Numbered from the stretch's first letter, positions 1 to 10,006 are shown. The stretch: 64,000 bases of DNA from an uncultured Oscillospiraceae bacterium (GCA_944386995.1 CALXDF010000035.1:6168-70167); one strand, 5' to 3'. Notes: generated by a model not told the origin, from the letters alone. Translations and numbers: made by a program.

Positions 1-144
1 TCCCCGGCTTCAGTGGCTGCTGTGCCTGCGCAGCCGCCGGAAAACCGGCAGGCCATGATTGCCGCGATTTCCGCTGCCATTGCAGAGGATCTCGGTGCCG
101 ACATCTCAGCGATTCGCATTTTGTCTGTGAAAAAACTCCAGTGA
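1..144 (+). CDS. OadG-family small membrane subunit of a Na+-translocating decarboxylase, C-terminal fragment (5' end off-window)
   Basis: Frame 1 is open from base 1 to TGA 142-144 and reads ...QAMIAAISAAIAEDLGADISAIRILSVKKLQ. I associate this AAIxAAI-type tail with OadG/MmdD-like subunits. It directly precedes the BCCP and beta-subunit genes. It is absent from the ORF track because it has no start in the window. Confidence 0.5.
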   Translation, partial: SPASVAAVPAQPPENRQAMIAAISAAIAEDLGADISAIRILSVKKLQ

Positions 145-164
145 AAAAAGAGAGGTAAACGAAA

Positions 165-548
165 ATGAAAAAGTACAGAGTGAATGTCAATGGCACAGTC
201 TATGAGGTTGCCTTGGAGGTCATGGATGGTTCTGCTCCGGCTCCGGCTCCGGCTCCAGCTCCGGCTCCGGCTGCTCCTGCCGCTGCTGCGCCCGCTCCGG
301 CTCCTGTTGTGTCCCCTGCGGCCGCTCCGGCCGGCGGAGAGAAGATCACTGCCCCCATGCCCGGCACGATCCTGTCTGTCAATGTGCAGAACGGGGCCGC
401 TGTTAAGAAGGGCGATATCCTCTTCATTCTTGAGGCCATGAAGATGGAGAATGAAATCATGTCCCCCTGCGATGGGACGGTTCTCTCCGTGAACACCTCC
501 AAGGGCGCCGCCGTGGAGTCCGGCACTCTGCTGTGCGTGATCGGCTGA
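165..548 (+). CDS. Biotin carboxyl carrier protein (stand-alone biotinyl domain subunit of the decarboxylase)
   Basis: 127 aa with an Ala/Pro-rich linker ([24 protein letters not shown]). The C-terminal biotinyl domain carries the EAMKMENEI biotin-lysine motif. AGAGAGG lies upstream of the ATG. Confidence 0.9.
   Translation: MKKYRVNVNGTVYEVALEVMDGSAPAPAPAPAPAPAAPAAAAPAPAPVVSPAAAPAGGEKITAPMPGTILSVNVQNGAAVKKGDILFILEAMKMENEIMSPCDGTVLSVNTSKGAAVESGTLLCVIG
234..269 (+). repeat. Tandem hexanucleotide repeat (GCTCCG)x6, one copy GCTCCA, encoding the (AP)n linker of the BCCP
   Basis: Read directly: gctccg gctccg gctccg gctcca gctccg gctccg. In-frame and coding, so a potential length-variable linker. 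Confidence 0.8.
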
Positions 549-579
549 TGCCGGTCAGTATGGGAGGGGTAACTGCAAC

Positions 580-1839
580 ATGGATGCCATTATAAAATTC
601 ATCGAGGACACCGGTTTCCATATGATCATCGCCGATGGAAACTGGCAGGCCATTTTGATGATTTTGATTTCTTTTGTCCTGATGTACTTGGCGATCGTCA
701 AGAAGTTTGAGCCGCTGTTGCTGGTGCCCATTGCCTTCGGCATGCTGGTCACCAACCTGCCCGGTGCTGAAATGTACCACGAGATTCTCTTTGCTGGTGG
801 GCAGGTCCACTGGGATCTATTCGGTGGCGCAGCTGTTACACAGGAATTTATTGCCCAGATGTCTGCCGCCGGTGTGTCGGAGGCGGTTCTGGCCGGTGTT
901 GAAGTGGGACAGAGCATCAGTGTCGGACTGATTGATGTACTGTACCTGGGTGTAAAGCTGGGCGTCTATCCGTGCCTGATCTTCATGGGCGTAGGTGCTA
1001 TGACGGACTTCGCCCCCTTGATTGCCAATCCCAAGAGCCTGCTTTTGGGCGCGGCGGCACAGCTGGGTATTTTTATCACCTTCGTCGGCTGCCGGCTCAT
1101 GGGCTTTACCGCACAGGAGGCGTCGTCCGTGGGCATTATCGGCGGCGCTGACGGCCCTACTGCCATTTTCGTCACCACCCGCCTGGCCCCGGAACTGCTG
1201 GGTCCCATCGCTGTTGCGGCCTATTCCTATATGGCGTTGGTCCCCGTGATTCAGCCGCCAATCATGAAGCTCCTCACCACCAAGAAGGAGCGCATGATTG
1301 TCATGCGTCCGCTGCGCGAGGTTTCCAAAACGGAGAAAATCATCTTCCCCATCATGGTTACCGTGTTTGTGGCCCTGCTGGTACCCTCCGCCGCACCTCT
1401 GATCGCCTGCCTGATGCTGGGCAACCTGTTCCGCGAGTGCGGTGTGGTGGATCGTCTGAGCAAGACGGTGCAGAACGAGCTGATCAATATTGTCACCATT
1501 TTCCTGGGCATTTCTGTTGGCTCCACCGCCACGGCCGCTACATTCCTGGCTCCCAAAACTCTGCAAATCCTGGTGATGGGCGTGGTGGCTTTCGGCTTCG
1601 GCACTGCCGGCGGCGTGCTCCTGGCCAAAATCATGAATCTCTTCCTCAAAGAGAAGATCAATCCGCTGATCGGTTCTGCCGGCGTTTCTGCGGTGCCCAT
1701 GGCGGCCCGCGTCTCCCAGGTGGTGGGTCAGAAATACAATCCCGGCAACTTCCTGCTGATGCACGCCATGGGCCCCAATGTAGCCGGCGTGATCGGCAGT
1801 GCCATCGCCGCCGGTGTGCTGATGGCCCTGTTTGGCTGA
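580..1839 (+). CDS. oadB: Na+-translocating decarboxylase beta subunit (OadB/MmdB/GcdB family membrane pump)
   Basis: 419 aa, polytopic and hydrophobic. Typical beta-subunit blocks are present: [42 protein letters not shown]. It sits in an operon with the BCCP and carboxyltransferase genes. Confidence 0.9.
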   Translation: MDAIIKFIEDTGFHMIIADGNWQAILMILISFVLMYLAIVKKFEPLLLVPIAFGMLVTNLPGAEMYHEILFAGGQVHWDLFGGAAVTQEFIAQMSAAGVSEAVLAGVEVGQSISVGLIDVLYLGVKLGVYPCLIFMGVGAMTDFAPLIANPKSLLLGAAAQLGIFITFVGCRLMGFTAQEASSVGIIGGADGPTAIFVTTRLAPELLGPIAVAAYSYMALVPVIQPPIMKLLTTKKERMIVMRPLREVSKTEKIIFPIMVTVFVALLVPSAAPLIACLMLGNLFRECGVVDRLSKTVQNELINIVTIFLGISVGSTATAATFLAPKTLQILVMGVVAFGFGTAGGVLLAKIMNLFLKEKINPLIGSAGVSAVPMAARVSQVVGQKYNPGNFLLMHAMGPNVAGVIGSAIAAGVLMALFG

Positions 1840-1870
1840 TCCCCATCCGAAAGAAAGGAGGAAAACAGAT

Positions 1871-3349
1871 ATGGAAACAATGGAATTTCTGTCCAATAAG
1901 CCCTTGAAGATTACAGATACCATCCTGCGTGATGCCCACCAGTCCCAGGCCGCTACCCGCATGACCATTGAGGACATGCTGCCGGCCTGCGAAATTCTGG
2001 ATTCCATCGGTTACTACAGCTTGGAGTGCTGGGGCGGCGCCACCTTTGATGTCTGCATGCGCTTTTTGAAGGAGGACCCGTGGGAGCGCCTGCGCACTCT
2101 GCGCAAGCATCTGCCCAACACCAAGCTGCAAATGCTTTTCCGCGGTCAGAATATTCTGGGGTATAAGCACTATGCCGACGACGTAGTGGACGCCTTCTGC
2201 CGCAAAAGCGTGGAGAACGGGATCGATATTATCCGCATTTTTGACGCGCTCAACGATGTGCGCAACCTGGAGCAGGCTATCAAGTCCACCAAGAAATATG
2301 GTGGGCAGGTAGAGGCTACTCTCAGCTATACCATCTCCCCGATCCACAATGAAGACTACTTCGTCAAGTTGGCCAAGGAGCTGGAGCAGATGGGTGCCGA
2401 CACCCTGTGTATCAAGGATATGGCCAACCTTCTGCTGCCTATGGAGGCCTACTCCCTGGTCAAGCGGCTGAAAGAAAACGTGAAGATGCCGATCCATCTT
2501 CATACCCACAATACTACCGGCACCGGCGACATGGTCTATCTCATGGCTGCTTACGCCGGAGTGGACATTGTAGACACGGCGCTCAGTCCTCTGGCCAACG
2601 GTACTGCCCAGCCTGCCACCGAATCCCTGGTGGCAACGCTGAAAGGGACCGTTCGGGACACCGGGCTGGATCTCAACAAGATGAGCGAGGCCGCAGTCCA
2701 CTTCCGCAAGGTGGCCCAACGGCTGAAGGATACCGGTGCTTTGGATCCCAAGGTTTTGAATGTGGATACCAACACCCTGCTTTACCAGGTGCCCGGCGGC
2801 ATGCTTTCCAACCTTATCAGTCAGCTTAAACAGGCTGGCAAGGAGGACAAATACTACGATGTGCTGGCAGAGGTCCCCCGTGTTCGTGAGGACTTCGGCT
2901 ATCCCCCGCTGGTGACCCCCTCCTCTCAGATCGTGGGCACCCAGGCGGTAATGAATGTCATTATGGGGGAGCGGTATAAGACCTTTACCAAGGAATCCCG
3001 CGCTATGCTCAAGGGGGAGTATGGTGCACTGCCCGGCAAGGTCAACGAGGAGGTCCGTGCCAAGGCCAATATTAAGCCTGAGGACGTAATCACCTGCCGC
3101 CCGGCGGATCTGTTGGAGCCGGAACTGGATAAGTACAAGGAGGAGTTCAAGGACATTGCCAAGAGCGATGAGGATGTCCTCTCCTTGGCCCTGTTCCCCC
3201 AGGTGGCGGAGAAGTTCATCAAGTGGCGGGATGGTCCCCGCGAGGAGCCAGCGGCTGACACGGCAGCGGCTCCATCGGCCGCGGCAGCTAAGCCCGCCGA
3301 GGATCCCAACGCTGTACGGGAGCTCTATGTAGAGGACCGCAGTATCTGA
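1871..3349 (+). CDS. oadA: Oxaloacetate decarboxylase alpha / pyruvate carboxylase subunit B-type (5S) carboxyltransferase, lacking a biotinyl domain
   Basis: KITDTILRDAHQSQAATRM marks the HMGL-like/PYC_OADA N-terminus. The protein ends in an Ala/Pro-rich linker (EEPAADTAAAPSAAAAKPAE) with no AMKM motif. I place the start at ATG 1871, behind AAAGGAGG; the ORF-track start at 1832 overlaps oadB. Confidence 0.88.
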   Translation: METMEFLSNKPLKITDTILRDAHQSQAATRMTIEDMLPACEILDSIGYYSLECWGGATFDVCMRFLKEDPWERLRTLRKHLPNTKLQMLFRGQNILGYKHYADDVVDAFCRKSVENGIDIIRIFDALNDVRNLEQAIKSTKKYGGQVEATLSYTISPIHNEDYFVKLAKELEQMGADTLCIKDMANLLLPMEAYSLVKRLKENVKMPIHLHTHNTTGTGDMVYLMAAYAGVDIVDTALSPLANGTAQPATESLVATLKGTVRDTGLDLNKMSEAAVHFRKVAQRLKDTGALDPKVLNVDTNTLLYQVPGGMLSNLISQLKQAGKEDKYYDVLAEVPRVREDFGYPPLVTPSSQIVGTQAVMNVIMGERYKTFTKESRAMLKGEYGALPGKVNEEVRAKANIKPEDVITCRPADLLEPELDKYKEEFKDIAKSDEDVLSLALFPQVAEKFIKWRDGPREEPAADTAAAPSAAAAKPAEDPNAVRELYVEDRSI

Positions 3350-3374
3350 GGCATCCCTTTGCTTTTTTACAATC

Positions 3375-3408
3375 AAACGGCGCACTGCAGTATTGCAGTG
3401 CGCCGTTT
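3375..3408. terminator. Stem-loop terminator between the convergent decarboxylase operon and dpaB
   Basis: Perfect 15-bp inverted repeat aaacggcgcactgca / tgcagtgcgccgttt with a 4-nt loop. The T-tract is weak (tttca). Confidence 0.6.
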
Positions 3409-3485
3409 CAATCATCCGCAGGAAATCATACATTTTCCCTGCGGCCTTTTTTCTGAATGTGCTCCCTGCATTGCGTCCAATACAT

Positions 3486-4061
3486 TCAGCGCAGCAGTAC
3501 CGGTTGGATCTGCTCCCCGCATAGGGCGGCCTCGATGGTCGGGACGATCTGGGTGAAATCTGCAACCAGCGAGCAGGGCTTTTGCACCGGGTCGTCCTGT
3601 CCAAATGGGACAAAGAAATAGTTCTTGCGGTTGAGCAGTTCCCCGATATTCTTTGCCCCGCCGGAAAGGCCGTCATTGCTGGCCAGCGCCAGTACAACCG
3701 GACGCCCATTGCGCAAATGGGCCTTGGCGGCCATGGTCACCGCTCCGTCGGTGATGCCAGCGGCCAGCTTTGCCGCTGTATTTCCTGTGCATGGTGCGAT
3801 AACCAGAACATCCAGCAGAGCCTTGGGGCCGATCGGTTCTGCTTCCCGTATACTGGAAATGATGCCTCGGCCCGTCAACGACGCAACCCGCTCCATCAGA
3901 TCCGCAGCCGTTCCAAACCGAGTATCTGTACTCCGGCTGGCATCTGACAAGATGGGGATTACCGTGTCGTAGACCTGCGTCAGATGTTCCAGCGCTGCCA
4001 GGGCTTTGCTGTGCGTACAGAAAGAGCCGCATATGGCAAATCCGACTCGTATATGTTTCAA
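3486..4061 (-). CDS. dpaB: Dipicolinate synthase subunit B (flavoprotein, SpoVFB)
   Basis: 191 aa. MKHIRVGFAICGSFCT...VIAPCTGNTAAKLAAGITD is the flavoprotein fold typical of DpaB. Its start overlaps the dpaA stop by 4 nt. Confidence 0.85.
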   Translation of the reverse strand: MKHIRVGFAICGSFCTHSKALAALEHLTQVYDTVIPILSDASRSTDTRFGTAADLMERVASLTGRGIISSIREAEPIGPKALLDVLVIAPCTGNTAAKLAAGITDGAVTMAAKAHLRNGRPVVLALASNDGLSGGAKNIGELLNRKNYFFVPFGQDDPVQKPCSLVADFTQIVPTIEAALCGEQIQPVLLR

Positions 4062-4915
4062 ATAGGTTCCCCCCGCTCTTCCAAAATATGATAAATTGCG
4101 TTGTGAATAACCTTTGCTGCTGAGAGCGGTGCTACTTTGCCGGGCAGTCCTTTGGCCCAGATAACACGCACGCCCAGCTCCTCCGCGGCGGCGAAATCCA
4201 CGCCGCCAGGTTCTGAAGCCAGGTCGATCACAATACAGGACGATTTTAACTCTGCCAGCCGCGCGCGATCCAGAATGACGGCCGGCACTGTATTGAAAAT
4301 CAGGTCAAATGCGCCTAAATGGCCGGACAGGGCTTCCGTGTTCAGGGTACAGAACCCCAGGGCATCCGCCAACGCTGCGTCTCTGAATTTTCTGGCAGAG
4401 ACCACTGTCTCCGCGCCCAGTCCCCTGAGGTCCTGTGCCAGCACCTTTCCAATGCGGCCATAGCCAGTCACCAGCGCCCGTACGCCGTGAAGAGTGGTTT
4501 CTGTAACCTCCATAGCGGTCTGTATCGCTCCCTCCGCCGTTGGCACAGCGTTCCCAATCTGGACATCCTCACGGCAGAAATAGTCAGTCAGGTTAACTCC
4601 GGCCTCCGACGCCTGCTGGCGAAGGGGTTCCTGGAGATTCCCGCCGCAGACTAACTGCCGGCGGCTGTCCAAGAACGGCCACAGGTCCTCCAGGGCGATT
4701 GTAGCTGTGGAAAACGGCAGATACAGGGTATGACCGTCCTTTGAAATCGGAAGCGGCAGGATCACAACGTCCGCCGTTACCGCCCGCTCCAGAGAGGACT
4801 GCTCCGGCTCCTGATCGAATCCATAGCGGTACACGATCTGTCCGTCCTGCTCCAGAAGCTGCGCCAGCCGAAGCTGCCGCAGGTCTCCGCCCAGGACGGC
4901 AAAGGTCTTTCTCAT
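4058..4915 (-). CDS. dpaA: Dipicolinate synthase subunit A (SpoVFA)
   Basis: 285 aa with a central NAD-binding Rossmann motif, LVTGYGRIGKVLAQDL. Paired with dpaB. A sigmaK-like AC-N16-CATAACATG lies upstream at 4938-4964; this is weak. Confidence 0.85.
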   Translation of the reverse strand: MRKTFAVLGGDLRQLRLAQLLEQDGQIVYRYGFDQEPEQSSLERAVTADVVILPLPISKDGHTLYLPFSTATIALEDLWPFLDSRRQLVCGGNLQEPLRQQASEAGVNLTDYFCREDVQIGNAVPTAEGAIQTAMEVTETTLHGVRALVTGYGRIGKVLAQDLRGLGAETVVSARKFRDAALADALGFCTLNTEALSGHLGAFDLIFNTVPAVILDRARLAELKSSCIVIDLASEPGGVDFAAAEELGVRVIWAKGLPGKVAPLSAAKVIHNAIYHILEERGEPI

Positions 4916-4960
4916 GCTTCCATTCCCCCTCTGTGACCATGTTATGCCGTTGCATGGCCG

Positions 4961-4998
4961 AAGTGAAACAGGCGCCCCGGATTTCTCCGGGGCGCCTG
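4961..4998 (-). terminator. Rho-independent terminator of cca-nfo
   Basis: 12-bp stem caggcgccccgg / ccggggcgcctg with a 6-nt loop, followed on the minus strand by TTTCACTT. Confidence 0.7.
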
Positions 4999-5014
4999 CC
5001 GCAGCGGGAGCCGT

Positions 5015-5854
5015 TCAATTTTCCCCACATAAGACACGCAGCCGGGCAATCTCTGCGGCGTGTCCCGCGTCATCGTTTGGGGTTTCCAGAATAAAGGGGA
5101 GATGACACAGCTTCGGATGGGCAATCAGCCGGGCGAAAAATGCCTCTCCCAAGGTCCCCTCCCCGATGCGGGCGTGGCGATCCTTTTTAGCGCCTATGGG
5201 ATTTTGGCTGTCATTGATATGGATGGCGCGGAGCCGGTCCAGCCCAACGACTCTGTCAAATTCCGCCAGCACATCATCGAGATGGTGAAGCAGATCGTAG
5301 CCAGCGTCAGACATGTGGCAGGTGTCCATACAGACACCAATTCTATCTTGGCATGCGACCTGATCTATGATGGAGCGCAGATCCTCGAACCGCCCGCCGA
5401 TCTCAGTGCCCTTACCGGCCATCGTCTCCAGCAGCACCACCGTCTGCTGTTCTGGGCGGATAACTGCGTTAAGCATGGCGGCAATCTGGGTACAGCCTGT
5501 CTCCAACCCTTGGCCCACATGGCTTCCTGGGTGGAAATTGTAGAAGTTGCCCGGAAGATATTCCATCAGCTGGAGATCTCCGGCCATCATCTCTGCTGCC
5601 AGCTCCCGGATCCCCTTGTCCTTGGAACAGGCGTTCATGATGTAGGGAGCATGGGCCACCACCGGCCCAAATCCGCCGCCGGCTAGCAACCCCCGCAGGT
5701 TTTCCAGGTCCAGCGGGTCCAGTGGTTTGGCTTTGGCTCCTCTGGGGTTGCGGCAAAAAAACTGGAACGTATTTGCTCCGATTTCCAGAGCCGTCTTCCC
5801 CATCTTGTAAAAGCCAGTGGCGCTGGACAGATGGGCGCCAATATAATGGTTCAT
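5015..5854 (-). CDS. nfo: Deoxyribonuclease IV (endonuclease IV)
   Basis: 279 aa. IGAHLS...GANTFQFFCRNPRG...HAPYIMN...HINDS are characteristic Nfo/AP-endonuclease 2 metal-site blocks. Its start overlaps the cca stop by 4 nt. Confidence 0.85.
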   Translation of the reverse strand: MNHYIGAHLSSATGFYKMGKTALEIGANTFQFFCRNPRGAKAKPLDPLDLENLRGLLAGGGFGPVVAHAPYIMNACSKDKGIRELAAEMMAGDLQLMEYLPGNFYNFHPGSHVGQGLETGCTQIAAMLNAVIRPEQQTVVLLETMAGKGTEIGGRFEDLRSIIDQVACQDRIGVCMDTCHMSDAGYDLLHHLDDVLAEFDRVVGLDRLRAIHINDSQNPIGAKKDRHARIGEGTLGEAFFARLIAHPKLCHLPFILETPNDDAGHAAEIARLRVLCGEN

Positions 5855-7173
5855 AGCAGTTTCTCCTTTACATAGAGCAGGAGTATATCCCGCTCGTTGG
5901 AGAGATTCCCCTCCACCACCTGATCCAAAAGCTCCTCCAAAGCGTCTCCAACCGCTTTTCCAGACAGTCCCAGAGCAGTCAGGTCGTCACCTTTTATCGC
6001 CATCTGTTTCAGGGAAAAGCATTGATCCTCCTGCAGGACCATATCCAGCAGCTGCTCCAGCTGGGCGATATGCAACTGACGGTCCAGATAGGCTGGATGC
6101 TGGGCCAGGTTGTCTCCCCGCTTGACCTGCAGCAGGCGGCGCAGGTCCGTCTCCCCGAACCGCCTGAGTTGGCGCCGGATCCCTTTTTCTGTAAGGGGAA
6201 TTTCGACGTCATGCCACCGCACCAAGCGCTCCACCGTCTCGCTGGTATGCTTGTCCAGCCGCAGACGGCGGCAGACCGTTTGGGCAATCTCCGCACTGAT
6301 ACGGCCGTGGTTGTAAAAGTGGCCCACTCCCCTCTCGTCTACAGAGAATGTCTCCGGTTTTCCCAGATCGTGTAGCAGAAGGACAAAACGCACAACAGGG
6401 TCCGGCGGCACGGCGGCAAGAGCGCGGACGCTGTGTTCCCAGACATCGAAGCAGTGGTGGGGGTTGTGCTGGTCAAAACCGATTGCGGGACCGATTTCCG
6501 GCATCACCACTTGCAGCACATCAGCATACTCCAGCAGAATTTCTGCTGCCTGCCGGCCGCAGAGAAGTTTCCGTAGCTCTTCCGCAATCCGCTCCACAGC
6601 GATCTCACGCAGCAGTTCCCGGTGGCAGTGGAGTGCGGCTGCGGTGGGGCCGTCAACAGCAAGACCAAGCGTCGCTGAAAAACGGAGGCAGCGCATAATG
6701 CGGAGGGCATCCTCCGTCAGGCGCTGGTCCGGATCTCCAACGCACCGCAGCAATTCGTATCGCAGATCCTGCTCCCCGCCAAAAGGATCAATCAGTTTTC
6801 CTCTCCGGTCCAGGGCCATTGCGTTCACAGTGAAGTCCCGCCGGGCCAGATCCTCTTCCAATGAGGCAGTAAATTCCACATGGTCCGGATGGCGGCTGTC
6901 CAAATAAATCCCATCCCGGCGGAATGTGGTCACCTCAAAGCGGCGTCCTCCCAGGGAAACCGTGACCGTTCCGTGCCGCAGTCCGGTAGGCAGCGCATCA
7001 GGCGCAAAAAGGTCCAGCACCTGCTCCGGCAGAGCGGAGGTGGTCAGATCCCAATCCTGCGGCTGCTGCCCCATCATCAGATCCCGTACACACCCGCCCA
7101 CAAGGAAAGCAGAAAAGCCCGCCTGTTCCAGACGTGTCAGCAGTTCTTGCACTTGTGACGGAAAATCAAACAT
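5851..7173 (-). CDS. cca: CCA tRNA nucleotidyltransferase with HD domain
   Basis: 440 aa. GGCVRDLMMG...DWDLTT is the polymerase-beta NTase motif, RRDFTVNAM follows, and LLHDLGK marks the HD region. Confidence 0.8.
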   Translation of the reverse strand: MFDFPSQVQELLTRLEQAGFSAFLVGGCVRDLMMGQQPQDWDLTTSALPEQVLDLFAPDALPTGLRHGTVTVSLGGRRFEVTTFRRDGIYLDSRHPDHVEFTASLEEDLARRDFTVNAMALDRRGKLIDPFGGEQDLRYELLRCVGDPDQRLTEDALRIMRCLRFSATLGLAVDGPTAAALHCHRELLREIAVERIAEELRKLLCGRQAAEILLEYADVLQVVMPEIGPAIGFDQHNPHHCFDVWEHSVRALAAVPPDPVVRFVLLLHDLGKPETFSVDERGVGHFYNHGRISAEIAQTVCRRLRLDKHTSETVERLVRWHDVEIPLTEKGIRRQLRRFGETDLRRLLQVKRGDNLAQHPAYLDRQLHIAQLEQLLDMVLQEDQCFSLKQMAIKGDDLTALGLSGKAVGDALEELLDQVVEGNLSNERDILLLYVKEKLL

Positions 7174-7248
7174 GGAGGCACCTCTTCTTCATTATAATCC
7201 TGCTAAAATCTGGGCAAAATAGCCCCGTTATCATGGTCAGGTTACCAG

Positions 7249-7277
7249 TTGCATATTCCCATTGGCCATATTATAAT
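7249..7277 (+). promoter_or_regulatory. SigmaA-type promoter for murC
   Basis: TTGCAT (7249-7254), a 17-nt spacer, then TATAAT (7272-7277), about 60 nt upstream of the murC ATG. Confidence 0.5.
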
Positions 7278-7336
7278 AAATAAGTTATAAAATAGCAAAT
7301 ACTGGCGGATTTCACCGCCATTTTGGAGGAACATCT

Positions 7337-8719
7337 ATGCGTTCCAGCATCCATGAATATTTTTATCCCGGCAAACGGGTCCATCTCTGCGGGATCGGTG
7401 GGGTTTCCATGTCACCGCTGGCAGAAGTTCTGCACAGCATGGGGCTTCAGGTTCAGGGGAGCGATATGCAGGACAGCCCCGCGGTTGAGCGCCTGCGCAC
7501 GCTGGGAATTCCTGTTACCATCGGCCACCAGGCCCAGTCGGTAGCGGGGGCGGATTTCCTGATCCGCACCGCTGCCGTCCACGACGACAATCCGGAAATC
7601 CAGCGCGCCAGGGAGACGGGAATCCCTATCTTTGAGCGTGCGGAGGCCTGGGGTGCCATTATGCAGGGGTACCGCAACGCTCTGTGCATTGCCGGCACCC
7701 ACGGAAAAACGACTACGACTTCCATGGCGACTCATATCTTCATGGCTGCAGGTGCCGACCCCACCGTAATGATCGGCGGTACCTTGCCCATGCTCCACAG
7801 CGGCTACCGGGTGGGGGCCGGGGACACCATTATACTGGAGTCCTGTGAATACTGCAACTCTTTTCTCCATTTCTTCCCCACCGTAGCCGTGATCCTCAAT
7901 ATAGAGGCAGATCACCTGGACTTTTTCAAAGATCTCCAAGACGTAGAGCACTCTTTCCGCCGATTTGCACAGTTGGTTCCGTCAGAGGGTCATATCGTGG
8001 CTAACGCCGACGACCCCGGTGCTATGGAGGCCCTGGAGGGACTTGCGCTGTTTACTTTCGGCTTGGAGCATCCGGCTGACTGCCGCGCTGAGAACCTCCA
8101 GTGGGAGAATGGTCTGCCGACCTTTGACGTGGTGATCCACGGAACACCATACTGCCGGATTGAACTCCAGGTGGGAGGCCGGCACAATGTGATGAACGCC
8201 TTGGCTGCCGCTGCTGCCGCCTATGTGCTGGGGGTCCCCGGCCAAGCGGTCAGCAGTGGGCTCGCCTCCTTTACCGGGGCAGGCCGCCGCTTTGAATATA
8301 AGGGAAGCTATCATGGGGCCAAAATCTATGACGACTATGCCCATCATCCCGGTGAGATCCACGCCCTGCTGCAGATGGCCAAAGGGCTCGGTTATCAGCG
8401 GATTATCTGTGCTTTCCAGCCCCATACCTACAGCCGGACGAAGGCCTTATTTGATGAATTTGTCCGGGAGCTGAAAGCTGCGGATCTTGTTCTTCTGGCC
8501 GAAATCTACGCTGCACGGGAGAAAAATACCATTGGCATCTCTTCCCAGGATCTGGCAAGAGAACTTCCCGGATCCATTTATTGCCCGAAATTGGAGGATG
8601 TTACCAGTCATTTGCGGACGTTGGCCCGCGATGGTGATTTGATTCTGACGGTGGGCGCCGGAAACATCTACACGGCGGGCGAGGCCCTGCTGCATGAAAA
8701 CGGAGGAATTTCCCTATGA
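7337..8719 (+). CDS. murC: UDP-N-acetylmuramate--L-alanine ligase
   Basis: 460 aa. HLCGIGGVSMSPLAEVL and the P-loop AGTHGKTTTTSM give the typical Mur ligase architecture. GGAGG lies 7 nt upstream. Confidence 0.92.
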   Translation: MRSSIHEYFYPGKRVHLCGIGGVSMSPLAEVLHSMGLQVQGSDMQDSPAVERLRTLGIPVTIGHQAQSVAGADFLIRTAAVHDDNPEIQRARETGIPIFERAEAWGAIMQGYRNALCIAGTHGKTTTTSMATHIFMAAGADPTVMIGGTLPMLHSGYRVGAGDTIILESCEYCNSFLHFFPTVAVILNIEADHLDFFKDLQDVEHSFRRFAQLVPSEGHIVANADDPGAMEALEGLALFTFGLEHPADCRAENLQWENGLPTFDVVIHGTPYCRIELQVGGRHNVMNALAAAAAAYVLGVPGQAVSSGLASFTGAGRRFEYKGSYHGAKIYDDYAHHPGEIHALLQMAKGLGYQRIICAFQPHTYSRTKALFDEFVRELKAADLVLLAEIYAAREKNTIGISSQDLARELPGSIYCPKLEDVTSHLRTLARDGDLILTVGAGNIYTAGEALLHENGGISL

Positions 8720-9273
8720 GCACCATGACCATCTCCAGCATCTCCACCACCGTACCCACGCAGGGCTGTTCCCCTGTCCAGCAGGAGGTTCTCCGTCTCC
8801 TGGAGCAGCTCCACATCCCCTATCAATACGTCTCCCATGAGCCGGCCAACACCATGGAGGACTGCCTTGCCATCAGCGAGGCGCTGAACGTGGCCGTATG
8901 CAAGAATCTGTTCCTCTGCAACCGTCAGCAGACACAGTTTTATCTTCTGTGCATGCCAGCGGATAAACCTTTCAAGACCAAGGACCTGTCCGCTCAGATC
9001 GGTTCAGCCCGTTTGAGCTTCGGATCTCCGGAGATGATGGAGAGGCTGCTGGGTGTAACACCGGGGTCTGCTTCTGTACTGGCACTGAAAAATGACACGG
9101 AAAATCGGGTACAGCTGCTGTTGGACCGCAGCACCTATCAGGCGGCATACTTTGGCTGTCATCCCTGTCTCAACACCGGTACGCTGCGCATGGAGACCTC
9201 CGATCTTCTGAATCTATATCTGCCCTATGTGGGGCACAAAGCCATCATTGTAGATCTGCCGGAGATCGAATAA
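8716..9273 (+). CDS. YbaK/ProX-type prolyl-tRNA-synthetase-associated editing domain protein
   Basis: 185 aa. CKNLFLCNRQQTQFYLLCMPADKPFKTKDL...GSASVLAL is the pattern of PrdX/ProX aminoacyl-tRNA deacylases. ATGA overlap with the murC stop. Confidence 0.7.
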   Translation: MSTMTISSISTTVPTQGCSPVQQEVLRLLEQLHIPYQYVSHEPANTMEDCLAISEALNVAVCKNLFLCNRQQTQFYLLCMPADKPFKTKDLSAQIGSARLSFGSPEMMERLLGVTPGSASVLALKNDTENRVQLLLDRSTYQAAYFGCHPCLNTGTLRMETSDLLNLYLPYVGHKAIIVDLPEIE

Positions 9274-9330
9274 GCCGGTCAAAATCCATTGCAGCGCTGT
9301 GCGCCTTCCTCCTCCCTGCGGGATTCTCCA

Positions 9331-9360
9331 TTGACAAGCTCCTCTCCCCTGCCGTATACT
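9331..9360 (+). promoter_or_regulatory. SigmaA-type promoter for the PPTase gene
   Basis: TTGACA (9331-9336), an 18-nt spacer, then TATACT (9355-9360). The [12 protein letters not shown] follows. Confidence 0.5.
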
Positions 9361-9394
9361 ACCACTAGGATTCAACCGGTCAGGAGGAGAGAAC

Positions 9395-10006
9395 ATGAGT
9401 CAGGTAGAGGTATATGCTCTGCGCATCCGGCGGGATCTCAGCAGCAGCGAGCGTTCCGCACTGTTGGAGATTCTCCCCTACAATCGGCGTCAACGCCTGC
9501 TTCGTACCCGTGAGGACAAACAGATCCAGGCCTTGTGCGCATACGGTGCCCTTCACTTGGCTCTCCACCAGCAGTACGACTTCTTCGGCTTCCCCCCCAT
9601 CGCCATTGCCGAGGGGGGCAAGCCCTATTTCCCGGACTATCCTCACATCCAGTTCAACCTCAGTCATACCGATGGCGCTGTGGTCTGTGCCTTGAGCAGT
9701 GCGCCGGTAGGGATAGACCTGGAGCGCAGCCGCCCGCCGGCAGACACCGTTCTCCATTACTACCACTTCACGGAGGGACGGGACTTCTGGGAGATGTGGG
9801 TCCACCGGGAAGCCATTGCAAAGTACCATGGCCGCGGCTTCGCTGCCCTGGCACACTGGGATGCGGCGCTGGAGTGTGATGTTGCCTGTCGGCCGCTGGA
9901 ACTTCTGGACGGGTACTATGCTGCACTGGCTACCGCTTTTCCCTGCCCCTGTGTGATCCACAGTGTGGAGATTGAGGAGATTGCCCAGGCCGCTACGAGA
10001 CGCTGA
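9395..10006 (+). CDS. 4'-phosphopantetheinyl transferase, Sfp type
   Basis: 203 aa. GKPYFPDYPHIQFNLSHTDGAVVCALS..VGIDLE and the later W..REA..K block match the Sfp-family motifs. Confidence 0.75.
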   Translation: MSQVEVYALRIRRDLSSSERSALLEILPYNRRQRLLRTREDKQIQALCAYGALHLALHQQYDFFGFPPIAIAEGGKPYFPDYPHIQFNLSHTDGAVVCALSSAPVGIDLERSRPPADTVLHYYHFTEGRDFWEMWVHREAIAKYHGRGFAALAHWDAALECDVACRPLELLDGYYAALATAFPCPCVIHSVEIEEIAQAATRR

